Positions 1-12,433 are shown, numbered from the stretch's first letter. The stretch is DNA of 64,000 nucleotides from Octopus sinensis (GCF_006345805.1 NC_043005.1:19096001-19160000), one strand, 5' to 3'. Notes: generated by a model not told the origin, from the sequence alone. Translations and numbers: made by a program.

Positions 1-913
1 CGTATGAAACTTATAAAACCATATCCTGGAGCATATATGTTTTTCAGATCAGAATGAAGTTGTAAAGCTATAAAATGAGAACAAATTATAACCTAATGCA
101 AACAAATATAATTTGAAAATAAAAGTATAAATAGAAATTAAAGAACCATAAAACAACGAACAAGTTAGAATAAAGGGAACACAAAACTTGCATGCGAACA
201 TCAGTAAGGAAATCACTTCCGGAAAAGCAGAAGAAAAGGACAACTGTGAATTTAATCGATCGAGTATCCCGTCATGCGTTGTATGTGAATATATCTCTAA
301 TCTATTTTCCTTTTTATTGCCTGTGACAGCTGATGATATAAGTACTAAAGCTGAATCCGAAGTTGAATGAGAAATTTTTATGGATTTTATTGAAAAATAA
401 CAGTTCAGGAAGTGAATCTAGAATGGGTATTAGTGACAAATGGCCAAGTGGAACTGAGTATTTATGCGGATCTCTTAAATCCCTTCTTTTAGCCATATAA
501 ATACTCCATATTTGGACGAGTTTTCTTCCTTTCCCATTGAGTTAATTGAAGTCCCATCATCTTTCAAATTGTTCATTGTCTGTTTTGAAAGAGTGCAAAA
601 CGCTTTCATGTTTTCTCTTTGAAGTAGCCCTTATTATTTTCATTATAAAAGTTTTGCTTTTAGTGCCTGCCTTTTAATAAGCTTTGGTGTTTTTCTTTTT
701 AGCTGTATACTCGAATTCGCCTGCTCAGCCCGTCTTGTTCTCTCATTGAACTATACGAATAGCTTTTGTTCTGTACGTTGAGTAAATTTTATAGTCCTTA
801 TCAAATGAAATGGAAGTATTTTACTCTAAACTGAGACGGAAATATATAATAAATTTTGATAAGGAGTGTTGAATAAGTGTTGGGATTGTTAAAAATATTC
901 CGATGAAATGTAA

Positions 914-1260
914 AGAGAGAAGCACTCCGTCGGTTACGACGACGAGGGTTCCAGTTGATTCGAATCAACGGAACAGCCTGCTCGTGAAATTAACGTGTAG
1001 TTCTCGGGGATATTCAGCGTGACACAGAAAGTGACAAGGCCGGCCCTTTGAAATACAGGTACAACAGAAACAGGAAGTAAGAGTGAGAGAAAGTTGTGGT
1101 AAAAGAGTACAGCAGGGATCACCACCATCCCTGCCGGAGCCTCGTGGAGCTTTAGGTGTTTTCGTTCAATAAACACTCACAACGCCCGGTCTGGGAATCG
1201 AAACCACGATCCTATGACCGCGAGTTCGCTGCCCTAACTACTGGGCCATTGCGCCTCCAA
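914..1260 (-). mobile_element. tRNA-derived SINE, family C, with 15-bp TSD
   Basis: Minus-strand head GGAGGCGCAATGGCCCAGTAGTTAGGGC...GGTTTCGATTCCC with Pol III A/B boxes; TCCGATGAAATGTAA duplicated at 899-913 and 1261-1275; homologous to 23724, 35424 and 63202 copies. Confidence 0.9.
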
Positions 1261-1397
1261 TCCGATGAAATGTAAGCAGCTAAGGAAGATGTGTTGTCTG
1301 TATATGCGGAAGCTGAACGTCAGAAGGAGTGACGTTATATTCTGAGAGGACGCGTACGCTTCATATTGATTATGTTGGTATAATTAGAAGACTGTTT

Positions 1398-1548
1398 GGG
1401 AAGCGAGCTGGCAGAATCGTCAGAGTGTTGGAAAAAATGCTATGCTACACTGGTTTTGAACTCTGTACGCTCCAAGGTCAAATCTCGCCGAGGTTAATTT
1501 TGCTTTTCATCTTTTCGGGGCCGATAAAACAAAGTACCAGTCACCTAC
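1398..1548 (+). mobile_element. degenerate SINE family B
   Basis: GCGAGCTGGCAGAATCG head and TTTTCATCTTTTCGGGGCCGATAAAACAAAGTACCAG core match family B. Confidence 0.7.
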
Positions 1549-2823
1549 TTGGGACGGCTAACTGCTTCTGCTCCAGATTGATGGTGTGGTGCCTTGACCA
1601 GAAACCATAATTAATAGAATGTCGTATCACTATAGACAGGGCTTTTGGTGGATATTCAATTCACGAAGGGTTACAAATTAGGGGGAAACACGATGATATT
1701 TTGAAGACAATATCATTTCAAAAGAAATTAAATGCAGTCAGTTACTATCGTATACAGGTAAGTCAAATATAATCGGAAATGTTGAATCCATAGATTAAGG
1801 TATATTGCTTATGACGTGCTGAAAGATGGTTAATTCTAAACAAAAACTTGGCGATCCGATTCAGGATTGATGTTGCACTTACACAAAAATTATGTGTTGA
1901 AATACAACCAAAATATAATAGGTGTAACTGCATGTAAGGTCTGACTAAGAAACATATCTGGTATCATGTTAACCGTTCTTAACAGTTCTGTTGTAATGAA
2001 TAAGAATGGAACGAGCTCGTTGCAACAGTGAGAGAATTGAAACAAAGCTGTGGTTTTGACGGTTTAAACGTTGTTAAAGAATCTGTTTTCTCCATCCATT
2101 GTGAGGGGAAATATATATATGTGCTTAACGCATGTGCAAGAATAGTAATGAATTGGCCTGCTGACATTTTGAAGATATGTGCAGGGCTTTTAATCCTTAC
2201 ATGTTCATGTAATGACGTATTGCACGCCAGTAGAAATTATTTATTGTCTTGTACGTAGGATCGTATTATCTGGGCAATATCTTATTATTGGGGACACCTT
2301 ACAAAACCTAAGGGAGATAATGAAAACAATTGCTAAATGAACAGAAAAAAATTAAACTACTGCCGAAATGCGTAAGTTTGACACCCTCCTGATGTTTAAA
2401 ATGGAAATCTTGAATGTGCATTCAGCCATTCAGTTGATAGTGTTATACATATTGTGCAACTGGCCCAAATTAAACATATGATTACATTAATCAAAGCTAA
2501 TTAACGGTGTGCAAATAGAAGCAAGTGATTCGGTAAAGTTTGGGTAGAGCTACAGTTTTGTATCACCACTCCAAGCTTGTTTCTTCGTAACATAATACTT
2601 TAAAATTTTGGCACAAGGCCAGCAATTTCAGGGAGGAGATACGTCGATTACATCGACCTCAGTGCATAACTAGCACTTAATTTACCGACCCCAAGAGGAT
2701 AAAAGGCAAAGTGGACCTGCGTGGAATTTGAAAGCAGAATATTAGGACCGACGAAATGCTGCTACGCATTTTGCTCAACATAATGCAAAGTTTTAAAGAA
2801 ATTTTGCAAAGATACGCTATCTA

Positions 2824-3238
2824 GGCGTAGGAGTGGGTGTGTGGTAAGTGGCTTGCTTACGAACCACATGGTTCCGAGTTCAGTCCCACTGCGTGGCAGC
2901 TTGGGCAGGTGTCTTCTACTATAGCCTCGGGTTGACCAAAGCCTTGTAAGTGGATTTGGTAGACGGAAACTGAAAGAAGCCCGTCGTATATATGTAAATA
3001 TATATATATATGTATGTGTGTATATGTTTGTGTGTTTGTGTTTGTCCCCCCCAATATCGCTTGACAACCGATGCTGGTGTTTTTATGTCTCCGTAATTTA
3101 GCAGTTCGGCAAAAGAGACCGATAGAATAAGTACTAGGCTTCCAAAGAATAAGTCCTGGGGTCGATTTGCTCGAGTAAAGGCGGTGCTCCAGCATGGCCA
3201 CAGTCACATGACTGAAACAAGTAAAAGAGTAAAAGAGT
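2824..3238 (+). mobile_element. tRNA-derived SINE, family A
   Basis: Head GGCGTAGGAGTGGGTGTGTGGTAAG...GAGTTCAGTCCC, internal TA/TG microsatellite, tail CAGCATGGCCACAGTC...GTAAAAGAGTAAAAGAG; many copies in window. Confidence 0.9.
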
Positions 3239-5086
3239 ATCGAAAGTTTCGATGACGGTTACATTGCTGATATATTTTTAAAATTAAAAGCTTTTCTTTA
3301 TTCAAACATAAAGAGGTTCTTTCCCTTTTAACCGATTCATAAATGTACTCATGATCATTAACATCAATAAAAACGATTGATATCCTGGCAACCAATCTAA
3401 AATTGAAGGCACACTAAAGAATTTCCAGCTTACGTTTCGCCTATTATAGCACAAATCAAAAATATTCAGTAATACTACTTTCGATTTGTATTGTAGTAGG
3501 CTGAGAATATTTGTTATAGTGCCTTTCAGCTAGATGTTGATAAAGAAGACTATCGACCAGGATGAAAATTATAAATTTTTTTTTATATTGTGCAATGATT
3601 ATGAGAAAGTTATTCAATGATTAAAAATGGTCTGAACTACTTTCTTTGTGAGTAAAAAAATATTGAAGCGCTTAAGAAAATTGTAGATGATGATTATCAT
3701 AATCTACATTTGTCTATATTTACATTAAAGATATGCATTATCAAGAAAGTTATGAGGAAACAAAGCCGGGGTGGGGGCTATAGTTATGCCAATGTTTGTA
3801 TACCACCCAAGATGAAAAAAAAAATTATTTACAGTTTCTCTGCTCAGTAGAACTTTTGGATTTGCAATCCATGGAGATAGACCAAGAAGCGTAAGTTGGA
3901 GAAATGACGACGAAAAGTCGAGATTATAAAGGGCGATCTTTTATTAACAAACGAATCATTGTTGTTATAATAACAACTAAAGAAAACGAAATGCTTTACG
4001 ATAAATCTATTTTGGAAAAAGAAATAATTTTTCAACAAAAGGTTTTTCTTTTACAAAAGATTGAAAGCAACAAAATCGTTTTAGTCGTTTGAAGGTTAAA
4101 ATCACAGACATAGATTTTTTTTGATTACATAACTGCTATTTTTAACTATGAGAGAAATCAATGCTAGCAAAGTGGAAATGAGTGAGCATACAGAAAGAAA
4201 AGCAATTTAAAAATGGAGAATTAAATGAAAGCCTGAAAATATTTACTGTACTTGAGCAGTGTGATGGTAAGGACCAGACACGTATGTAGTATCGGGTGGT
4301 GATGCAGCTATTATTTTGACGGTCGATTGTGAATGTAGAATGATGTAGCTAGTATTACTAGCATGTTGGTCGACATTTGTGAGGGCGAAGTGGCAGAGTT
4401 GCCTTAGAGTATGCTGACGATGCCCATTATGCATTACAAATTTTATACACACATCAGTATTTTAATCTAAGGCTGTTACAAATGCATTTATTTATTGGTT
4501 AACTTTTGCATAAATCAATGAATATTTTGTCTATCGATTTCCATATCGGAACAAGTATTTTTCTACTTAGCTCAGAACATCAAGGGTGTTAGTCATTGAG
4601 GACACCAAGTCAAGTAGAAACGCCATCACACAGTTTTACATGCATTATGTGTTTACACACCGGCATTTTAGGGAAATTGTAATTTCAAAAAGCAGCATAT
4701 AACAAATCTTAAATATAAGTTTAAAGTAGAGATGGAAAACGAAATAAAATGTTAATGATAAATATGACATAATAGCTTAGTTTCATCATTTCTAGAGATT
4801 TAAAACGGTAATGACTGAAAAGGAGGAAAAAATAATGAATGACACCGAAAAAAAAAAAAAAGAAACCAGAAAAAGAATGAAGCAATGGAATATTGATGCG
4901 AAAAAGAAATGCAATTAAAATTTACTAATATTTAAAGGAAGAAATGAATTTGTCATTACATAACAGATGTGTGCTTCGAAATTGGTGGAAGTAAGTGTCA
5001 AGTTTGCACATGCGCTGTAAAAATGCCCAGCAGATGAACCGCAGCAAAATTATTTTTAAATCTCCTCTTTTTCTTTATATATGTAT

Positions 5087-5504
5087 GGAGCGGCTGTGTG
5101 GTAAGTAGCTTGCTAACCAGCCACATGGTTCCGGGTTCAGTCCCACTGCGTGGCATCTTGGGCAAGTGTCTTCTACTATAGCCCCGGGCCGACCAAAGCC
5201 TTGTGAGTGGATTTGGTAGACGGAAACTAAAAGAAGCCTGTCGTATATATGTATATATATATATGTTTATATATATATATATATATATGTATGTTTGTGT
5301 GTCTGTGTTTGTCCCTCTAGCATTGCTTGATAACCGGTGCTGGTGTGTTTACGTCCCCGTCACTTAGCGGTTCGGCAAAAGAGACCGATAGAATAAGTAC
5401 TGGGCTTACAAAGAATAAGTCCCGGGGTCGATTTGCTCGACCAAAGGCGGTGCCCCAGCATGGCCACAGTCAAATGACTGAAACAAGTAAAAGAGTAAAA
5501 GAGT
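5087..5504 (+). mobile_element. SINE family A
   Basis: Aligns by eye along its length with 2824-3238. Confidence 0.9.
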
Positions 5505-5649
5505 ATATAGTGAGAGAGTCCGGAAGTGTCTCGAATGGGCTGGAGAATTTCTATTTTGGATATATTTGGGGTACTTAATTGTGCTCATGATTTGGTGTTT
5601 GCTTCTTCTGTGGGTATAGGTAGGTATTTCATTTATTTCCTTGCCGCAT

Positions 5650-5710
5650 TTATCACTGACGAAGAGAAGGTTCTTATGTATTAACTCCGAAATCGGGTCC
5701 GATATGGTAA
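5650..5710 (+). ncRNA. type I hammerhead ribozyme motif in a probable PLE terminal repeat
   Basis: TTATCA-CTGACGA-(stem II GAG..CTC)-GAAA-TCGG GT CCGA-TA-TGGTAA; stem I 6 bp with one G-U, AUA cleavage triplet; about 125 bp upstream of a (TA)n tract. Confidence 0.75.
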
Positions 5711-5837
5711 TAACGGAATTTTTTAGAAATTCCTGTCGGCTTTCTTCGAGACGCATGATTATAGTGATGAACGATGTGTCTAGTTTCGGCATATTTGGCA
5801 TTGGAAATTTTTTTTCTTTTGCCCTTGTTTATAAGTT

Positions 5838-5854
5838 GTATATATATATATATA

Positions 5855-5930
<76 letters not shown>
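5838..5930. repeat. (TA)n microsatellite
   Basis: Direct read; source of the YIYI ORFs. Confidence 0.98.
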
Positions 5931-5933
<3 letters not shown>

Positions 5934-6878
5934 CATGTTGGAGTTGCGTGTGTCTGCATGTGTGCGTGTATCTGTGCTTGTGTATGTGATTCTGCGTTTT
6001 ATATAACGTAATATATATAACATGTAGTTTATATCCGTAAGACATGCAAAAGTTACCGAACGTCTACAAAACTCCAGGTATATGATAATTTGAAATATCA
6101 GCACAAATATAGAGGAAGGAAATAATTCCGGTAAGAATTGAACGGGAAAAGATCTTAGAATTTAAAAGTTCCAAAGGAGTCATGTAAGGTTATCTACTCT
6201 CTGTAGTCTATTTAAACTTATACGCTAAAGTCTTTAAAAAATAATGCTACCTTGTCTACAAAAGTTTGTAACTATACTAAACAACAAGGGAATGATCAAT
6301 GGAAATGAAATGAGTGTAAAGGAATCAATGGTAATCAGCAAGACACAATAATCACCATGAATAAGTATTACGACTGAAGGCAGACCAATTCAAAGATAAT
6401 ATATTTGAAGTATATCAAACGGAAAACGGGAGAAGTAGAAGTAAAATCAACAGAAAAAATTGTGATAGACAGAAATCATGTGAAAAATATCAAGCATACT
6501 AAAATCGAAACCAGAAAGAAAGTTAAAATGTTTTATACGATCCATTCTTTTATAGATGGAGCTTAAAATATAGGTATTAACCAAAGTATTATGAAGTAGA
6601 TTATTATCCATTAAGAAGTGGGAACATAAAAGACTTTTGAGAAAACACTAAAAAATGTAATAGAAATATTAAAATTACTAAGTCTCTCTAAAGGAGATTA
6701 CGGCAGCGTTACTGGATATTAATAGTTATCGCCATACTAATATGGCAGTCTATAAATATAAGACTAAAGCTGTCGCTGATTAGCTCCAAGAGGCCATCGC
6801 CTCTAGCTAGCTATATGACACACGAACCTGCGTCCATTACAGACGGTCAGTAGCGACACCTGCTGGTTCTGACTACGG

Positions 6879-6917
6879 TGCATTGATAAAGGGCAACAAC
6901 CCTGAAACATGTCTGCA
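6879..6917 (+). ncRNA. minimal hammerhead-like motif with variant core
   Basis: TGCA-TTGATAA-AGGG CAACAA CCCT-GAAA-CATG-TC-TGCA; core differs from CTGATGA at 2 positions. Confidence 0.6.
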
Positions 6918-7239
6918 GATGTCTGACTAGCAAGGTGAAGCGGCTGACCTCCCCTGTTCGAAGGTTGTAATGGACGCAGGTTCGTGTGTCATATAGCTAG
7001 CTAGAGGCGATGGCCTCTTGGAGCTAATCAACGACAGCTTTAATCTTATATTTATAGACTGCCATATTAGTATGGCGATAACTATTAATATCCAGTAACG
7101 CTGCCGTAATCTCCTTTAGAGAGACTTAGTAATTTTAATATTTCTATTATTGAAAACAAGTGGATGTATTCCACTGTAACTAGGTAAATAAAATCTTCGA
7201 ACAGACGGTCAGTAGCGACACCTGCTGGTTCTGACTACG

Positions 7240-7280
7240 CTGCATTGATAAAAGGCAATAACCCTGAAACATGTTTGCAG
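7240..7280 (+). ncRNA. second tandem copy of the minimal hammerhead-like motif
   Basis: CTGCA-TTGATAA-AAGGCAATAACCCT-GAAA-CATG-TT-TGCAG. Confidence 0.5.
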
Positions 7281-7788
7281 ATGTCTGACTAGCAAGGTGA
7301 AGCGACTGACCTCCCCTGTTCGAAGGTTGTAATGGACGCAGGTTCGTGTGTCATATAGCTAGCTAGAGGCGATGGCCTCTTGGAGCTAATCAGCGACAGC
7401 TTTAGTCTTATATTTATAGACTGCCATATTAGTATCGCGATAACTATTAATAAAAAATGTATAAAGCAAGCAAGGAACTACTAAAAACAAAAAATATTAT
7501 ACTAGACTCTATCAAGCAGAAAAAAATTGAAGTAGTTTATACATTGAATTGAAAAAAGAAAAGAAGAAAAAGAATAGAATACAAAACGAACTAGAAAACA
7601 TTTAGAAGAAAATCAAGAATTATCTGGCTGGATAAAATCTAGAGTTGGACAGACTTTCCAATTCAATAAATGTCTAAGTAGAAGAATGAATAAGTTGGCG
7701 ATCCATGTTGAGAGCCACGATAGCTGATAATATCGAGAAGCAAACACAAGCACACACACAGACACGCTGACATACACACGCATATGTA

Positions 7789-8980
7789 TAGGGGTTGGAC
7801 AAAATAATGGAAACACCTAACATCATAGCATCATAATTTTGAAATGTCTATAAAACCTTCAAAAGCTTGTTTATTTTTATGATTTTTGGTTTCTTATTAA
7901 TATTGCTTAATATGTTTTACTAAAATCGCTGTTTCTTTCCAGATATCATCAGAAAAAGCTAATTAGAATTCATTAAAATGACAAATTTATCGGACTTTCA
8001 AAGAGGTCAAATTGTTGGTGCTCGTATGGCAGGCGCTAGCGCAACGAAAATAGCTAAAATGTTTGGTGTATCAAGAAGTACTGTATCGAAAGTAATGATA
8101 AACTTCGGGAAAGAGGGAAAAATCTCCCTGTCGAAGCAAAACTCCGTAAGAAAACCAAAACTTTCAGACAGGAACCATCGGACTCTTACGCGAATTGTTA
8201 GAAAGGATCACAAAAGTACAACCGGATTTCACGGAAGGGCTGCAATCAGTAAACAACTACTTTCAAAAACAAACGTTGCAAAATGTTTAGAGTGGAGTAA
8301 AAACCTACAGAATTGGTCCCTAGAGCAGTGGAAGAATGTTATTTCCTCGGATGAGTCATCCTTTACTTTACTTCCGACCTACGGCCGAGTATACGTGTGG
8401 AGACAGCCAAAAGAAGCATTTGACCCAGACTGCTTTCTTCCAACTATTAAACATGGAAGAAGATCTGTGATGATCTAGGGGGCTATATCTTGGAAATCCG
8501 CTGGCCCAATGATTTCCCTTCATGGTAAAATTAATATTCTAGACTATTTAAGCATTTTATCTGATCAAATTCATCCTATGGTTGCAGAACTGTTTCCGGA
8601 GGAAAACACAGTCTTTCAGGATGATAATGCACTAATTCACACAGCTAAAGTTGTTACTGAATGGCACGAGGAACATTTTAGTCAAGTTGAACATCTTATC
8701 TGGCTACCACAGGCCCCAGATCCCAATATTATTGAACATTTATGATGCATTTTAGAAAAACAAGTAAGGGGTCGATATCCTCCACTATCATCACTACAAG
8801 AGCTGGAGACTGTTTTAATTGAATAATTGACAGAAATTCCCCTGGAAACAATTCAAACTTTGTATGAGACCATACCTCGTAGAATTCAAGCTGTAATTAC
8901 TACCAAAGGTGGTCCTGCCCCATATTAGAATAAATTTGTTTGAAATTTTAAGGTATTTCCGTTATTTTGTCCAACCCCGG
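7789..8980 (+). mobile_element. Tc1-family DNA transposon, defective
   Basis: TIRs (T)AGGGGTTGGACAAAATAATGGAAACACCT / AGGTATTTCCGTTATTTTGTCCAACCCCGG flanked by TA at 7787-88 and 8981-82. Confidence 0.92.
7978..8930 (+). pseudogene. Tc1 transposase (DD34E) pseudogene
   Basis: LSDFQRGQIVGARMAGAS HTH, SDES, QDDNA and PDPNIIEHL motifs; Trp codons mutated to stops near 8476 and 8743; internal deletion after KDHKST. Confidence 0.9.
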
Positions 8981-9106
8981 TATCTGTTTGCCTGTATACA
9001 GATACGTCTGTATATTTATACATATATATGTATGTGTGTATGTATGTATGTATGTATGTATGTATGTATGTATGTATGTATGTATGTATGTATGTATGTA
9101 TGTATA

Positions 9107-9495
9107 GGCGCAGGCGTGGCTGTATGGTAAGAAGTAGCTCCTCAATCACATAGTTTCAGGTTCAGTCCCACTGCGTAGACCTTGAGTAGGCGCCTCCTAC
9201 TATAACCCCGGATCGACCAAAGTGTTGTGAGTGGATTCGACAAACAGAAACTGAAAAAAGGTTCACACACACACACACACACACATATATACTATATATA
9301 TATATATACATATTTGTATCTTTGTATTTTTACTTGACCTCCACCTCCACTTGACAACCTGTATTGGTTGTTTACTTCGCATGACTTTGCGTTTCTGCAA
9401 AAGAGACTAATCGAATAAGTATTTGGTCTAGGAACGAATAAATAATTCGGTCACCTTTTCCGACTAAACCCCTCAAGGTGTGGTCGCAGTCAAAT
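9107..9495 (+). mobile_element. degenerate SINE family A
   Basis: GGCGCAGGCGTGGCTGTATGGTAAGAAG head and decayed tail. Confidence 0.75.
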
Positions 9496-9663
9496 TTACA
9501 TCTATATCTATATCTGTATCTATTCAATACTATGTAAGTTTAATTTGAATTAGTTTCACTCATCAGAACACAAATAATCCTTATTCCTCTGTATATATGC
9601 TCTTGTCAAACGTAGCGGCTCTAAAACTCTTTTGAATTCCTTTCATTTCACTCCTGACATCTT

Positions 9664-9699
9664 TACTCTAAAAAAGACATCTGTCCGAAACGTTGGGTA
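9664..9699 (+). ncRNA. relic minimal hammerhead in a decayed PLE terminal repeat
   Basis: TACT-CTAAAAA-AGACATCTGTCC-GAAA-CG-TT-GGGTA; core CTGAAGA carries two G>A changes. Confidence 0.35.
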
Positions 9700-10338
9700 C
9701 TGCACAATCTATTTGCACTGTTTCTGTCGCTTCTTTGACAAATCTTGCCGATTTAAGATACCAGCAATCTGAATGGATGTTGTTTTATCCGATATATAAA
9801 CCGTGAAATACGTAGTTATTTTCCTTTAGTTCTCTATACACGAAGAGAGTAACCAGTTGTATTTACATCACCTTTAAGTGCTTTAACGAAAAACTTAGAA
9901 ACTGTAGTTGAATTCCACTAAATTTATCTTAGGTTTTCTTATACACACTGTACGTCTAAGCTGTAATAAAGATAGCTGTTTATTAAACAGCTTGAAGTAT
10001 GTAACTTTTACTAAAAGAAAGCAAGTATTAGAGTCTATATTGCCTAGAAAATACTTATAAATTCCCATTTTAATATGCATTTACCAAATTATATTTTTCA
10101 AGTTCTTTTGTTATGACAAAACTGACTTTTATTAACTACCATATAGTTTTATATGACAGAAAAACAAATTTTGTCAAATCGTGTCTCCTGAAAACATAAA
10201 GAACGGATATAATCAGCGTATTATATTATATCAAAACGACATGAATGAAAACACACACACACACATACACACACAAACACACAGACACACACACACCACA
10301 TACGCGCATATATATTTACACACATTTGCGAATATATG

Positions 10339-10378
<40 letters not shown>

Positions 10379-10574
10379 TGTGTATATATATATATTATAT
10401 ATATATATATATATATAGTGAGAATTTACAAAAAAAAAACAAAAGACGAATAGTTTTTCTAAGTTACGTTATATATATGTGGTTGAAATTTATAGAAAAC
10501 AAAAGCCGAAGTCAGGTGTATGAAAAACAAGCAAGTGTATTAGTTTGACGCTCGGGAAAATGAAAAAGTCTTTC

Positions 10575-10623
<49 letters not shown>

Positions 10624-10686
10624 TGTATGTATGTATGTATGTATATATATGTATGTATGTATATTATATATATATATATATATATA

Positions 10687-11446
10687 TACTAAGCAATAAG
10701 GGTTTAGCAACGAGTTGCCTTACCACATACCGAATTTAGAAATAGCAGTCAAAGGGTTATAGCTATTTCTTCTACTAAAAAGGGAGATCTCAGTAAAAAC
10801 AGCATTTGGAAGGCAGACACAAACAGGTAAGAGAGAATGAATTGACTGCAATCTATCATACATTTTTTTAGTTATCCACGGACGTACGTTTCGAAATCAA
10901 GTTTTAAGGAAAGCATAAGAATTAAATATTAAATATTAAATAATTCTATCTTACCGAAACTTCTTTTCTCTTCAGCGTAGAATACTATAATCATAAATGA
11001 TTATATATTGAATTTTGAGATACCAGAAGGCACCAACTCAACTCAGTATCAGAGCGAGCTAGAATCCGCAACTGGTATCACCGAATTCAAATTGTGAATG
11101 AAATGATTGTGTCAACAGCCCCTTCCCACCCGCGTGTAGCCAAAACAAGATGCTGCGGTCATCTACTGAGATAAAATATGGTTATCCGTAATAATGAAGG
11201 GTGAAATTAATTAATTTGGAAAAATTATCAATTACACCAGTAGTCTTCGGCATGTAAAAGCCTCATTCGAGGAAAATTTAAGTAATACTAAGCAATAAGG
11301 GTTTGTGGTAAGGCAACTCGTTGCTAAACCCTTATTGCTTAGTATTACTTAAATTTTCCTCGAATGAGGCTTTTACATGCCGAAGACTACTGGGTGTAAT
11401 TGATAATTTTTCCAAATTAATTAATTTCACCCTTCATTATTACGGA

Positions 11447-11450
<4 letters not shown>
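10687..11450 (-). mobile_element. PLE terminal-repeat element: about 599-bp terminally redundant unit plus inverted end, between (TA)n tracts
   Basis: TACTAAGCAATAAGGGTTT at 10687 and 11286; hairpin arms 11181-11304/11326-11450; hammerhead at 10875-10981; sibling at 50831. Confidence 0.8.
10875..10981 (-). ncRNA. type I hammerhead ribozyme with extended stem II
   Basis: Minus strand TCTACG-CTGAAGA-GAAAAGAAGTTT...AAACTTGATTTC-GAAA-CGTACG-TC-CGTGGA; palindromic stem III ACGTACGT; GUC triplet. Confidence 0.82.
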
Positions 11451-11509
<59 letters not shown>

Positions 11510-11546
11510 AATACATATGTATATACACATACAACACACACATATA

Positions 11547-11767
11547 CATTCATTTTGATGTATTTATTAATTAAAATCAGATGTATAAGTAATCAAAATG
11601 AATAAATAAATACATAAATAAAAATAAATGAATAAGAATAAATGAGTTAGCATTTTTCACTAATCAATTCTTTATTTATTTATTTATTCATTTGCTTAGT
11701 TCATTTGTTTGTTTTGATTACTTATACATGTGATTGTAATTAATTAATAAATAGATCCAAATGAATG
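11547..11767. repeat. imperfect AT-rich inverted repeat
   Basis: CATTCATTTTGATGTATTTATTAATTAAAATCAGATGTATAAGTAATCAAAA versus the reverse complement of about 11711-11767. Confidence 0.6.
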
Positions 11768-11987
11768 CTCATAATTTGATGTTTGAAGATTGATTATCTT
11801 CTCTATTTTCTTATTTGCTTAATAAATTCTGGGTAAAATTCTGTTTTACCCCCACTCCTACCTAGTATTCAATAGCGGTACTGCTCTACAACAGTAAGCA
11901 CTTGGATATAAATACGTAGGTACACATCGAGTAGTATATTGGATATTTATTATCCCTTAGATGGTTGTCTAACCACTAATTCATGCA

Positions 11988-12055
<68 letters not shown>

Positions 12056-12059
<4 letters not shown>

Positions 12060-12433
12060 GTTAATGTAATATGTGACAATTAATCGGTAGCCAAGATAAA
12101 ACTCCGAGTTTCGGATGCAGAGTGGAAATTCACGCCGCCATCTCTTCAGTTATCCGGCCAGCGGAAAAACGCTATGACAAATGACCGTTATACAAGAGAA
12201 AGTACTGTGTTGTTTACCGCTATTAAGACAAAAGAGCTATTTTAATGACCGCTAAGTAAGGTAAGGGGGTAAAAACTGAAGAGATGGCGGCGTGAATTTC
12301 CACCTCGGCATCCGGAACTCGGAGTTTTATCTTGGCTACCGAATAATTTTCATATATTACATTTACAGATAATTTCCTCTATTTACTTAATATCGAGGTC
12401 TCTTTCTTTCTTTTGTTATCTTACCGTTTTTAT

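Larger units (their letters stand above)
6660..7450 (+). mobile_element. Penelope-like terminal-repeat insertion: inverted 5' piece plus partial tandem, with TSD
   Basis: Inverted arms 6658-6841/6966-7149; direct repeat 6839-7090/7201-7452 (period 362 bp); flanking duplication TAAAAAATGTA at 6649-6659 and 7451-7461; hammerhead-like motif in each unit. Confidence 0.8.
6100..7740 (+). pseudogene. RTE-type LINE reverse transcriptase relic, interrupted by the PLE insert at 6660-7450
   Basis: Decayed peptides FKSSKGVM*GYLLSVVYLNLYAKVF (cf. GVRQGCILSPxLFNLY), SMVISK, WLDKI*SWT (cf. WLDNIKEWTG). Confidence 0.55.

Noticed and set aside
1880-2060. Minus-strand peptide SHCCNELVPFLFITTELLRTVNMIP resembling a Cys-loop receptor loop C/TM1, and GPCR-like TM7 near 850
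   Set aside because: Short, mutually inconsistent resemblances; stop density near random.
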